Part shown: positions 16,772 through 34,095 of the stretch, piece by piece | Position numbering within the stretch: the stretch's first letter is position 1 | Layout of the letters: each line of letters opens with the position of its first letter | Assembly (NCBI RefSeq): GCF_009914755.1 | Contig: NC_060936.1 | Reading direction: 5' to 3' (one strand) | Length of the DNA: 64,000 bases | From: the human T2T-CHM13v2.0 reference genome, Homo sapiens | Made by a program: the position numbers and the translations under genes | The notes under the pieces: generated by a model | Database searches by the model: none | What the model saw: the letters and a program-made list of their open reading frames with translations, nothing else | Told to the model about the DNA's origin: nothing

Positions 16772-19442
16772 AATCTGCATGTTTTCTTAACCCTGTCTCT
16801 TAAAGAACCCTACCTAGCGACTGGGCTTTCTCCTGTGTGTGTGTGTGTGTTGCGTGTAATGTCTAAAAAGAGCTCTGATTAATTTGGCCCAAAGACAAGC
16901 GCTTCCCTTTTTAAAGGGAAGTTAAAAGCTGTGGAGCCTTTCAGTTCATGTAACTTTAATTTTTGAGAAATAAAAACAGCCCTAAAGACTATTGGTAAAA
17001 TGCAGGTCACATGCAAGGTTTGCTAAGAGTTTTGAGGTTATGAACTGCTTTTTGGGTTTTGAGAACTATTTGACTTGACGGTTTCACAATTGGTAAGGCC
17101 TGGGGACGTAGGGACCTAACCATACCCTTAATAAAGAAGGCAAACCTTGGCTACACTTAGCACACAATTAATACAACTAACCAATTTTTACGTTAAAATT
17201 AAAAATTGCTAGAAGTTAATTGAAACTACTAGAAATAGATTTACATGCAAGCTGTGTAAGAAAAGTAAAATGCATTTATTTGTAAAATGTTTTATATAAG
17301 AAGGCATGGAAATGTAAACTCTTGCCTAGGGTTAAATGATTGCTTTGAGTTAAATTAGGAAAAAGCTGAAGGTTCAAATAAGTAGTGGAAGAATTGTGGA
17401 AATTAATCTTGCAGAAGAGGTTCTCTGTGTGAACATATAGACTAAATTCAAAAACCGGTATTATATGGTTTTTCTGTAAATTGAGCATTGAAATAAAAGC
17501 ATAACATGGTTTTCCTAAGGTGCTAATCTGCTCTTTGGCAAAATTTGTAAAGGATTATAAAAGGTTTTTTTGCTTCCTTAAAACTTCTGTGTCATTTTGG
17601 CAAAATAAATAGTTTCTGGTAATCTGGAACTCTATTTAAGTGCTTTAAACATATTTAACAGGTTTCCCTAAATCGAACTTCAGTTTCAAAATCGTCTTCC
17701 CTGGCACCTGGCTTTTTGAATACTTCAGAGGGCCCCTGAAGTGTCCAGAAAAGAGCGGTAAACAGGATTATTTGACATGTTTAGGTACATGGGATTGCCA
17801 AAATGATGTTCAATCTGCTTTAGGTTATATCTTGGTAAATAATGCTAACATATGTTCTAAAATTGTGTGGGATTTCTAAAATTCTAATGTCTGAGTATAT
17901 CCTATCAATTATAATTAAGGTTGTTACGTTATCGTACATCACAGAGATAACCAAACTTCTTTGTCATTTGTGTTTCTGACTGTAACTACTCTGGACATTT
18001 TGCTATTCACAGACAGTTGTTGTCTTCTTTTAATCATTTTCAAAAGATAGTTTATAATAAGCTGTAGGACTTTGACAGGTGCTCTCAAATACAGTCTTCT
18101 GATAACTTTGGATATTATGACATTGGAATACAGGAAAATGTACAGGACTCATGAAGAGCTGAAATGCTCACAAATATCAAGCAAAACAAGAGTTAACTAA
18201 ATGGACTGAACTCAGGAACCTGAAGCAACATTTTTGCTTTTGCTTGGAATATTGTTAACCCATGTTTTGTTTTGCAGAGTCAAGGAAACTTATTTTGAAC
18301 TATTTAGAACCTTTAATAATTTTATAAGGTATGCTGCTATGAACACAATTTGAAGCATGTTTGTTTGTCTCTGCCTGTTTCCTCTAGAATTTGGAAACTA
18401 TCTGTGGGTATTCTTATGGCAATATAGTTGTTTGCATCAGTGCAATAAAAATCCATTTTTCTTTTGCAACAGTGTACAATTACAGAAAGTAGTTATTTTA
18501 CCAAGGCTTTGACTGGAAGGGTATGTTTCCCTTTAAGGGGTCAAGCTTGACTTGCAGAGCCAATAAAAGCCCCATGGAAAAACTGGACTCATATCCTTGT
18601 CTACACAGTCCCTGTACATTGTTCCTGACCTGTGGTCAGTAAAGAATGTTACTTTCTAACAGGTCCAGGAGCTCCAAGTTTATCTTGGGACCTTAAGAGG
18701 AAAGGATCACCCAACTCACAGGTGTTTGAGGATACAAACCCATAGTTGGGCTCAACTTTAAAAGGTCTTCTGTAAGATTTTTTGTGGAATAAACTTCCAT
18801 CAAAGCCAATCCAAAAGGCTTATGTAGAAATAGTTATTCTTGCTGCACTTTATGCAAATAATCAGGCCAAGTACAAGACTAAAGTCTATTTTGCAAACCA
18901 CTCAGTGCTATTATAATTTTTTTTATAACAAGAGGACTGGAGAGGGAGAAATCATGTTTCAAAACTTATCACATATTTATCATTAAATTCTAAACTCACT
19001 AGTTGTTTTAAAGTTTTCACCTACATTTTAGATTAACCCTACTTGTTCCTGTGAACCAATCAGCAATCTCTGGCTGCTGTTCAGAAAGAACAAAAGGGAT
19101 GGGTAATGTAAAAATCTGGATCAATATTCTAGTTCTGAGCAATTATCCTGCAAATCCTGCAAGGCTGTGGGAATAAACAGGATGCCCAATACTCAGAGGT
19201 TCCCTTTTGGGAAAGTAAGACCCAGGGAACTAACAAAAGTCAAGCATCATGTACCCAAATTCTAGCAAGCATAACTATAGCTACAAGTTATCTGGGTGTG
19301 TCACAAGACATCCTTTCCTCTCCCTTGTTGGAAGAGGACTCAATTCCACAGCTTCACCTTAGCATTTGGCTTGTGATATGGAGTCCATGCAACCCCCCTG
19401 AGATACATTTTTGTCTCAGATTCAATTCTAAGCTTCGGGTCA

Positions 19443-23318
<3,876 letters not shown>

Positions 23319-26300
23319 AAAACTGGATCTAAGGGATCCAGAGGCAGAGAGCAACAGAAGTTAAAAGGCACAGCGCAGGTAAGCGTGGCTGATTCCTGAT
23401 GAGTAAGCCAACCCCAAGCTTCCTGTTGCATTGATAAAGGCCACATTAGTATCCATGGCATAAATGAGGTCTAGGGAACTCCAGGGCTACTGACAGTAGG
23501 TGGGAAAGAGACATAAGTGAGAGTGGATAATTCCATTCTCTAGCCCCCCCCGCTTCATGGGTTTAAGCCACTTTGGCACTCGTGGTGGTGTCTGCCAAGG
23601 TCGCCGGGACTCAGGGATGCAAGGATGGAAGACAGAAAGAGGATGCTTTTCCCTCTCTCTCTTACTCTGGGTATCTGCTAGGAAGAGAAGAGAACCAGGT
23701 ATGCCTGCTCCCCTCTTTCTAGGTGGGTAGCTATTCTCCTTCAGTCTGTACCCCTTTCAAATGCATGCTGAACCATTGGGACTTCTTTTAAAAATGCCTT
23801 CCTTTTCCTTTCTTCCTCTTGGTTCTCTCTTCACTGATAAGAAATTGTGTCTCTGTACTATGGGATGCTTCCCTCAGATGCATCCTCCAAACTGAAAAGA
23901 GTTAATTTCCCAGACCTTAAATTGGTTGGCTTAGAATTGAGCTTAGGGGAAAGGAACCCAGAAGCCCAACATGCTGGTAAAAAGGTAAATTTTTTTTTCA
24001 TGTCAGGCTTTTGGCCTCCCTTTCCCTGTACAAACTGGTAAAAGGCCTCAGAATTTTTGAGCTGTTTTGTTTTGATAGATGTTTTTAATAACCCGGTTTG
24101 TCTGTTCTTGCCTTCAGGCCATCAGACTCCAAATGGTCATGCAACCGGAGCCTCCAACAATAACCCCTTTTGCCAGGAACCCTTAGACAGAACTCTGAGG
24201 GAGCTCTGACTGCTGTTTCCCCAAAACATTGCCCCCTGTCAGCAGGAAGCAGTTAAGATTGGTCTTCGTCCTTATCCTTCATCTATTGGCAGTTAGATGT
24301 ACTTCTTATAGAAGGAGTAATGAGACAGTCAGGTGGGAGGGGGGTCCCTGAAGAAACTCCAACCAGCCTGCCCTCTGAGGTGGAGCCTCAGGAAGTTCAC
24401 GCCCTTTGTAGCGAGGAGGAGCCTGGTCCCTCCTCTTCCTGTGTGGAACCTGGGATTCGAAAGGTGGGTGGGAAGCGCTCTAGCAGAGGGACTCTGGCCT
24501 TGCAAGAGTCCTTGTTTCCCCGCTTTTTCTCCTCTTTTCGCCCAATAAAACCCTGCTTTACTCACCCTTTAAACCATCTGCAAGCCTAAATTTTTGTGGC
24601 TGTGGGATGTACAAGAACCCCATCCTTAGCTAAACTAAGGAAAAGTCCTGCAACAATTGTAAGCTTCCTGAGGCCTCCCAGTCATGGTTTCTGTTAAGTC
24701 TGTGGAACTCTGAGTCAATTAAACCTCTTTTCTTCATAAATTACCCAGTCTCAGGTAGTTCTTTATAGTAGTGTGAAAACAAACTAATACAAGATCCTTA
24801 TAGGTTCTTGATACTAAATCTTTGTAGGATACATAGTTTGCAAATATTTTCTCCCATTCTATAGGTTGTCTGTTTACTCTGTTGATAGTTTCTTTTGCTA
24901 TGCAGAAGCTCTTTAGTGTAATAAGATCCCACTTGTCAGTTTTTGTTTTTGTAGCAGTTGCTTTTGAGGGCTCAGTCATAAATTCTTTCCCAAGGCCAAT
25001 GTACAGAGTGGTATTTCCTAGGTTTTCTTCTAGGATTCTTACAGTTGGAGGTCTTACATTTAAATCTTTAATTCATCTTGAGTTAATTTATATATATGGT
25101 GAAAGGTATGAATCCAGTTTCATTCTTCTGCATATGGTTAGCTAGCTATCCCAGTGCCATTTATTAAATAGTGAGTCCTTTCTCCATTGTTTGTTTTTGT
25201 TGACTTCGTCAAAGATCAGATGGCTGTAGATATGCAGCTTTACTTCTGGGTTCTCTGTTCTGTTCCATTGATCTGTTTGTTTTTGTGACAGTACTCTGCT
25301 GTTTTGGTTACTGTAGCCTTATAGTATAGTTTGAAATTGGGTAATGTGATGCCTGTGGCTTTGTTCTTTTTGTTAGGATTGCTTTGGCAATTTGGGCTCT
25401 TTTTTTGGTTACATATGAAATTTAGAATAGTTTTTTTCCTCATTCTGTGAAAAATAATGTTGATAATTTGATAGGAATTGTGTTGAATCCAAAGATTACT
25501 TTGGCCAGTAGAGCCACTTTAGCGATACTAACTTTTCCAGTCCATGATCATGGTGTTTCCATTTGTTTGTGTCATCTGTGATTTCTTTCAGCAGTGTTTT
25601 GTCATTTTCCTTGTAGAGATCGTTCACCTCCTTGGTTAGATGTATTCCTAGATGATTTTTTTGGTGGCTATTGTAAATAGGATTGCATTCTTGATTTGGC
25701 TCTCAGCTTGAATGTTATTGGTGTATAGAAATGCTAGTGATTTTTGTACATTGATTTTGTGTCCTGAAATGTTACTAATTTATCAGTTCCAGGAGGCTTT
25801 TGGTGATGTCTACTGGGTTTTCTAGGTATAGAATTACATAGTCTGAAGAGAGAGAGTTTGACTTCCTCTCTTCCTCTTTGCATGCCTTTTAGTTCTTTCT
25901 CTTGCCTGTTTGCTTTGCCTAGGACTTCCAGTACTATGTTGAATAGAAGTGGTAAAAGTGGACATCCTTGTCTTGTTCCAGTTCCCAAGGGAAATGCTTC
26001 CTGATTCTTCTTTTTCAGTATGTTTGCTATGCGTTTGTCATAGATGTCTCTTATTATTTTGAGGCATGCTCCTTCAACTCCTAGTTTGTTAAGGATTTTT
26101 AACTTAAAGGGATGTGGGTTTTATTGAAGGGATTTTCTGCATCTATAGAGATGATCATATGACTTTTGTTTTTAATTCTGTTTATGTGGTGAAATCACAT
26201 TTATTGATTTGCATGTGTTGAACCAAACTTGCATCCCAGGAATGAAGCCTACTTGATCATGGTGGATAAGGTTTTTGATGTGCTGCTGAATTTGATTTCT

Positions 26301-26939
26301 AGTATTTTGTTGAGGAGTTTTGCATCTATGTTCATAAGGGATATTTGCCTGAAGTTTTCTTTTTTCATTGTGTCTCTGCCAGGTTTTGGTATCTGAGTGA
26401 TGCTGGCTTCATAAAATGAGTTAGGGAGGAGTTCTTCTTCCCTAATTTTTTGGAATAGTTGCAGTAGGATTGGTGCCAGCTGTTCTTTGTATGTCTGGTA
26501 GAATTCGGTTGTGAATCCATCTGGTCTAGGACCTTTTTAGCTGGTAGGGTTTTTTAAATTACTGATTCAATTTTGTAACTAAATATTGGTCTGTTCAGGG
26601 TTTCAATTTCTTACTGATTTAATCTTGTGAGGTTTTGTGTTTCCCGGAATTTATCTATTTTCTAGTTTGGGTGCAGGGAGGTGTTCATAATATTCTCTGA
26701 GAATCTTTTGTATTTCCGTGGTATTGGTTGTAATGTCATCTTTGTCATTTCTGATTATGCTTATTTGGATCTTCTCTCTTTTTTTCTTTGTTTATCTAGC
26801 TAGTGGTCTATCACTCTTGTTTATCCTTTTGAAAAACCAATTTTTTGTTTTGTTGATTATTTTATGGATTTGGGGGTCTCAGTTTTATTCAGTTCTCCTC
26901 TGATTTTAGTTATTTTATTCTACTAGCTTTGGGGGTTAG

Positions 26940-27323
26940 TGAATATGGTTTGGCTCTGTGTCCCCACCCAAATCGCACTCAAACTAATTCTCACCATTGC
27001 GGGAGGGACCTGGTGGGAGGCAATTGGATCATGGGGGCAGATATCCCCATAGCTGTTCCTGTGACAGTGAGTGTGTTCTCATGTGATCTGGTTGTTTAGA
27101 AGTGTGTAGCATTTCCCCCTTCACTCTCCCTCTCTTGCCACCATGTGAAGATATGTTTGCTTCTCCTTCGCCCGTCTGCCATGATTGTAAGTTTCCTGAG
27201 GCCTCCCTAAGCCATTTCTCCTGTATGGCCAGTGGAACTGTGAGTCAATTAAGTGCCTCTTTTCTTTATAAATTACCCAGTCTCAGGTAGTTCTTTATAG
27301 CAGTGTGAGAACAGACTAATACA
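26940..27323 (+). mobile_element. MSTA/B solo LTR
   Basis: tgaatatggtttggctctgtgtccccacccaaat...gactaataca; perfect TSD gttag (26935-26939, 27324-27328). Confidence 0.9.
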
Positions 27324-27373
27324 GTTAGTTTGTTGTTTTTCTATTTCTTCTAAATGTGATGTTAGATCATTAG

Positions 27374-27698
27374 TGATCTAACATCTTGAATTCCCACATG
27401 TTGTGAAAGGGACCTGGTTGGAGGTAATTGACTCATGGGGGCTGGTCTTTTCCGTGCTGTTCTCATGATAGTGAATAAGTTACACAAGAGCTGATGGTTT
27501 CAAAAATGGGAGTTTCCCTACACAAGCTCTCTCTGCCTGCCACCATTCATGTAAGACATGACTTGCTCCTCCTTGCCTTCCACCGTGATTGTGGGGTCTC
27601 CACATCTAGGTGGAACTGTAAACCCAATAAACCTCTTTCCTTTGTAAATTGCCCAGTCTTGGGTATGTCTTTATCAGCAGTGTGATAACAGACTAATA
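27374..27698 (+). mobile_element. THE1(B)-like solo LTR with altered termini
   Basis: catcttgaattcccacatgttgtg...gggtatgtctttatcagcagtgtg...gactaata. Confidence 0.88.
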
Positions 27699-27939
27699 GT
27701 TTGGGATCTTTGTAATTTTTTGAAGTGGGTATTGATTGCATAAACTTTCCTCTTACTACTATTTTTCCTGCATCCCAGATTGATTGCTTTTAAAAAGTGT
27801 GAACGTTTTTTCCCTGATACATGGTTATCTATTTAATAAGATTAAATCTTTATCAAATAATTTCATGAAATAACTTTTAATATTTTGGTTCATTATTTTT
27901 AGTAACGTCAGGGTATATTATAAATCTATTGATTTAGAA

Positions 27940-28025
27940 ACTATGAATGGAGCCCAACCATTTTTATTTTAATAGTAAGCCCTCCAGGTAATTCTGATGC
28001 ACATTAAAGTTTTAGAACTACTAGT
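27940..28025. mobile_element. MER5-type hAT fragment
   Basis: aagccctccaggtaattctgatgcacattaaagttttagaactacta. Confidence 0.65.
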
Positions 28026-28039
28026 ATACAATCTGAGCA

Positions 28040-28230
28040 CACTTGCTGTGAAGCCAGATTGCCTAGGTCTGAATTCTGGCTTTGCCATTTATTGCCAGTG
28101 ACCTCTGTAAGTCTTAGTTTCGTATCTCATAGGATTCTTGGAGGGATTAGTCCATTAAAATGTATATAAAGGCAATGAGTGATGCTGGATACTTTTGAAA
28201 TGTTTCCATTAGTATTGTATATTATTATTA
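28040..28230 (+). mobile_element. MIR fragment
   Basis: gccagattgcctaggtctgaattctggctttgccattta...tgtatataaag. Confidence 0.6.
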
Positions 28231-28929
28231 TAACTATTATATATGGAATCAATCCAAATTTGTTTGCTTGGTGCCTTGAAAACCCTGCTCTCAAGCAGCT
28301 CACAGTCCAGCAGGGAAAACAGAACAAATAATTTCAATGAAATGTGCCATGGGCATGAGAAATGTCCTGTAGGTACAGACATAATGCCAGGGAGCAGGAA
28401 GTTTATGGAGTTAAGTTAGGGAAGAAGTCAGCAGCAGGTTTTAGAGGCAAAGAGAGGGTCACTGCCTTTTTTAAAATTTAATTTTTTTTTTTTTTTAGTC
28501 TTCTGGTATGGTAAAAAATTTTAAAGTAAAAAAGGTGTGTAATCAGGGTTACAAAAATTGTGTAATTTACAAAATAAAGGATTTATTTTGTAAAATTTCT
28601 TTATAATGCATTATCGGTAGATTGATTTAATTATGGGACTGAGTTTAAAGTTATATGGAGCATGTCTTCATTTCCCATTACTGTCTGCATCTTTGTGACT
28701 CTACATTTAACTTTATTTGTAGATAAATTGAAGGGCTATATTCACAGCCCTTTGTGAGGGTGAGGCCTGGGCTAATAACCTTCCCTTTTCCCACCACCTG
28801 TCACCCCCAGGATGGGTCCTGGGTGTTAGAGTAGAGACGAAAACCATTTTAGGGGAGAAAATGGAATATACAGGAGCAAAAATATAAAAAACAGCAATGT
28901 GTATTCTGGAAGTCACAAGTGATTTAAGT

Positions 28930-29290
28930 CAATGAAGCATAAATTGCAAGGAGGGGAGTGGTTACTGCTAAAGCTGGGGAGAAAACTACAGGCCAAGTCA
29001 TGACAGGCCTCATATGCTCATCAAGGAGCCTGGGTTTTGTAAATAATTGGGTGTCACTGGTCAATTTCTGAAGCATCATGGTCAGTTTTATATTTTAGAT
29101 AAATCATTCTGGTGGCAGTGTGGAAGGTGGATGGAAGTGCCAGGCAGAGATACAGAGACCACATAAAGGACTTCTGGGTTTAGGAGAGATTATGGGACCT
29201 GAGCTCGGGCAGGACAGTGATATGGAGAAGGGTGGGCTGTCTAGAAGATTAATAGAAACAGTGGCACTTAAAGGCTTCCTGTTCAAGAGG
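28930..29290 (+). mobile_element. L2 fragment
   Basis: aggccaagtcatgacaggcct...tcattctggtggcagtgtggaagg...ggacagtgatatggagaag is typical L2 3' sequence. Confidence 0.6.
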
Positions 29291-30647
29291 TGTTAAGTAG
29301 GAAGATAATTGATCTTGAGACTTGTCCAAAATCACACAGCTTCTGACTGGGTCTAGAATCTACCACTCTACCTTCAATCCTGTGCTTTTCTCCTTGTGCT
29401 ATACTGCCTAGCAAAGTGCTTGCACGGCCTTGAGTGCTGGGGCCCTGAGAAGCTGCTCACAGAAGACCAGTTCAGGGACATACCAGTGGATCTGGGAAGG
29501 CTACCTAGTACATTGCCGGTGGTTCCCTTGTTGAGTTCTCCTCATTACTCCATTTCAATATGTCATGTATCTTTTGCTGGACCTCTGACTGATGTATCAA
29601 TGTTCTCTTAAATGGAAGTGAGGAGTGAGCATTTCATCCCACCTTCCTTGCTCATGGCTGGGTTGAGGGATAGAGTGGCAGTGGCACCTTTGGGACCCTG
29701 GGCTTCCCATCCTTATTCTTGCTCTTCATGACTTGGGTAATGCTTAATTTCTTGTCTTGCATATTCTGAACAATGTTGAAGAAACCTGTTTCTCCTCTCC
29801 TTTTCTCCAATGGCTCAGCAATCATTTGGGCCTGACTTTTATATACTCAAGTTATTAGAATCTCTTGAGTTGGGAGCTAAATGTTAGGGCCCATTTCTTC
29901 CACCTTATTTGTGGAGTGCTTCTTTTTATGTCTCCCATTCTGAGTTAACATGCTAGTTCTACATGGGATAATCATTGTCCCTTTGCTCTAATAATTTATT
30001 ATCATTCTAAGAGTTGTCTAGCAGCATATTCCTGGGCCCCAGAGGGAACATATGAGATTGAATTTAGAGTAGGTGAATTTAGAGTAGACACATTTAGTCT
30101 AAAATGCTGAGAGGGATGTCAACATCAGGGCTAATGGACACATGAGCTTTTTCTTGGCCAGAGTTGGATAGGATGAAGAAAGTGATTTGCAGCACATGTG
30201 AATCTGAAAAACTAAATTGAAAGCTGGAAGCCTAAAATTAAATTGAATTTAAGCTGTAGCACTTAAGCACTTAATCTGTCTTTTCTCTAACCCATGAAAC
30301 ACAAGGAAGTGGTTAAGAACATAAGTTCTAGAATTATATTGTCCGTATTCAAAGTAAGCCTCTGGCATTTGGTAGCTATGTGACAGAGAAAAAAGAGAAC
30401 AGCTCAGAGCAGTCTGAACTGTGAGGTATGCAAAATTTATCAGGCATAGAAAGACATGAGTATGAGACTTCAGTCATGCACCCAGCACCCATGCCCAGGG
30501 GCAATTGTTTAAAGACATTTTGTTCTTCTTTTCTTCCCTGTAGTTTCCTGACTAGCAAACTCACCAGTTATTTTCATGTTCCTGAGATTTTTGATGCAAA
30601 GGAGAATGTATAGCCAATCAATAGCTTATGTTACTTTAATGTACATT

Positions 30648-31087
30648 TATTACCAAAATGCCAGGGGTTTGGTCTAGACGAAACCTGCTGCTCACTGCAC
30701 AGAATGCCAATCACTGAGATAAGTATTGCCAGGGAAGAAGGCTTTAATTGTGTGCTATAGCTGTAGAGAATGAGAGAGAAAGTCTCAAATCCATCTTCCC
30801 GACTGATTAAAATTGGGGGGTTTATATAGTGCGGAAGGGAGGCAAACAGGAATTAAGGAGGGGTAAGGAAATATTCATGATGGATGAGGTGTCTGGCATC
30901 TCATTGTTTGGATGTGATGATATGATGAATTGCAGTTCCTTGCTTGAGGTTTGGTTTTCCTGAAAAAGAAACTCATGGGACAAATATAAGTTTCAAGTTT
31001 TAAGACCAGGGAGGGTCAATTTCTATGTATTTTATTTTTAAAAAACAACATAAATATTAGTTTTGTGGGAAAAATGTGCCAGTTTCA
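30648..31087 (-). mobile_element. LOR1-type solo LTR inside the MER49 5' LTR
   Basis: Homologous to the LTRs at 6941 and 11505; TSD catt (30644-30647) / aatt (31088-31091). Confidence 0.85.
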
Positions 31088-32764
31088 AATTCCTGGTAAA
31101 CAACTTAGAAACTGCCTCTTCTTTTTTTCCTTCAAAAACCCACTTGTAACTGCTGTAAAATCAGAGCATATATTAAGGGCAGCTTGAATCTATCTTCCTG
31201 GGTTACAGTTCTTGAAGTTGGCTCAAAGAGACTCTCAACTTACATTAATTTTGCCTCAGCATTTTCCTTTCTGTCAACATTATCTGGAGAAAATGGACAG
31301 GACTCACAGTGACCTCCTCCTTACCACCTGGTGTTCCCTCTCAGGCTCAGCACTCAGTATCAGCATGAACCTAACATGTTCCTCTAACTCCAGAGGTTTG
31401 ACTGGATGCAAAAAGGTGAGTGCTCCTAGATCCAGACCTTCCTTTTATATTTAGTTGAGGTCTAGATTTTATTTAGGTTGGTTTTCAAACCATTTCTTTC
31501 CCTTAGGAGTGAGGGCTTCAGTCTCAGTCTTTGGACAGGAGATTCAGGTAAAGATCTCTGCAGAGAACTGCCTTCTCTGCCTCTGCCTCAGGACAAGAGG
31601 TTTGGGGTCACAGTTAGACAAGGAGGTCTGCAGAGGACTTCTACTTTCTCTGCCTCTGACTTATAAAAGATTTGGGTTATAGTATCGGCATCTGGCACCA
31701 GTGATTTTACTTCTTTTGGTCTAAAATTACAAAGCATGCTTTTAAACTTGCAGCTGCTTTATATTGTTTGTAATTCAGACTTTATATTTTCATTTTTGAC
31801 CAATTTCTGCTAGTTTCAGACCAAAAGATGCATAAGGGTGGGTTCTGTTGCCATTAAGAGAAAAGGCAATTGTTCCCTCTGACCCATTTGGGTGCTCCAG
31901 GTGACTAGAGACTTTGCAGAGGTGTCAGGACATTTCCCAGGATGTGAAGTGGCGTCATAAGTCATTCCTCAGCAGGAGAATATTTTAGGGACTCTTGCTC
32001 AATCTAAAGGGTATAAATAAGGAACTGGTTACTTCTATACCTTGAGCATCCTACTAACACCTGGCAGTTAGAGGTGGTCTGAGACACATAAAAGAGAGAC
32101 TCATGACACTTGGGTGACACCTTGTGTAGTGACACTCATAAGCAGCATACTTTGACCCAAAACACATTTCTGCCCTTGGTCACTTTTAAAAAATTCCTAA
32201 ATAATGGGAAATCAAGCTTTAAAATCTGAACACTTTTTAAAAATGAAATCTTCTTTAGAAACATCAGCTGGTTTTATGTACAAAACTTAATGTGGTGTCC
32301 TCTTGTAAATGTCTAGGAAAATGAGCCCATATAACCTGGGATAGTCATAAGTAGCAGTGGTTAAATGGGTCTTCTTTGAAATGCCTAAAATGTTTCATTT
32401 GTGCACATAATTGGAAAACTTGGTCTTAGAACTGGACAAATTAAATAGAAAACCTATTTTCTGTTTGTCTTGGCTGAAGTCTGATAAAAAGAGATTTGAA
32501 AAGCTTTTTTTTTAAAAAGAGCTCTGTGGTCAGAAATCACCTTAATCAAAAGCTGATATTCATGCTATAATTTAAAAAAAGCCTTTTTGCTTTTTCTCTT
32601 TTAGGTCTTATTTCTGGGAATGTTTTTCAGCCAACTGAAGCCTCTCTTTAAATACGTTTGGTCCCTCTATTTGCTTCCTTTCCTGTTGGCATGATTTTGC
32701 TTAGAAAAATGTGAAACTTTAGCCTTTGAGAAAGCTTAAAATCTCCCCAAATTGGTTCCTTTAA

Positions 32765-33048
<284 letters not shown>

Positions 33049-33197
33049 GATCTTCCATTTCTTCCCACTTGGCTTCTCCTTTTCCTTGCCATCTTCAGTA
33101 CTACATAGGAGGTTTCTAGCAACCTCAAGACCCCTTGAGGAACACACAAAAAAAGCATCATTCATAACCCCTTTTTGGGAGTCTCGAGTCATGGGCA

Positions 33198-33230
33198 ATT
33201 CTGTTAAAGTGAGGGCATTAGAAAAAAAAA
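33198..33230 (+). other. Tiny poly(A)-tailed insert flanked by direct repeats
   Basis: attctgttaaagtgagggcattag plus A9 between agtcatgggca (33187-33197) and agtcatgggca (33231-33241). Confidence 0.75.
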
Positions 33231-33402
33231 AGTCATGGGCAGGCTTCTCTCAGATCTACAGTCCTGCTCTCTTTTGCACTGATTTCTTAATCTCTTTGGC
33301 TTGTGTGTTTCCAGAGATTGCTTTGTACTTTGAGAAGGAACTTGACCTTTGAGTGCGATGGCTGGCAAGTCACTAGTGAGATTTATAGTTTTGAAAGTGG
33401 CC

Positions 33403-34095
33403 TGTTACAGTAGGTAGCTAGTCATACATGAGCAGGGCAGGAGAGGGATTCCCATCACCAGGAATCACAGGTGACCATCAGGTGGTGGTCAGGAAGTTGC
33501 TAACTGTCTCTCTAAAATAATAATTGGTCATAGCCAACACCACGGAAAAGCAGTCTCCCAATAGATAGAAAATACCTGAAACTGGTGATCAGCAGCTTCC
33601 TGATAAAATCTCAGTAGTTGGGCAAGTGGGCTGAAGCATGTACATTAAGAGGCAAAATGGCAGAATTTAACTGGTACGTGACCTCTCAGGGACATTTGAG
33701 CAGTAAGGGAAGAACACCTCAAGTTAGCATGCATATAACTCCAGTAAACGCACTGTGCATGCTCCCCTCCCAAGTGCTAGCAGGCCACTGTGCATGTGGA
33801 CAGCCACCCCAAGAGAAAAATCAGGGTAGAAGGTAATGCAAGACCCTAGAAGTAGGCCAGCAAATAAACCCCCATGTCAAACAGCACACTTGATCTCTCA
33901 AGTCACCCACCTGGCCGTCTTCCAAGTATACTTTACTTCCTTTCTTTCCTGCTGTAAAGCTTATTAATAAACCTTAACTCCTCCTCTAAAACTTGCCTCA
34001 GTTTCTCCTTCTGCATCATGCCCCTGACTCAAATTCTTCTGAGGAGGCAAGAATTGAGGTTGTTGCAGACCCATACAGCTTTGCTGCTGCTAACA
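33403..34095 (+). mobile_element. MER50-like solo LTR
   Basis: tgttacagtaggtagctag...catgagcagggcaggagag ... gctgctaaca; perfect TSD ggcc (33399-33402, 34096-34099). Confidence 0.85.

Larger units (their letters stand above)
24792..27780 (-). mobile_element. Old L1 ORF2 fragment (L1PA15-17/L1PB-like), interrupted by two MaLR LTRs
   Basis: ORF2 peptides [24 protein letters not shown] and [20 protein letters not shown]; both ends truncated. Confidence 0.9.
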
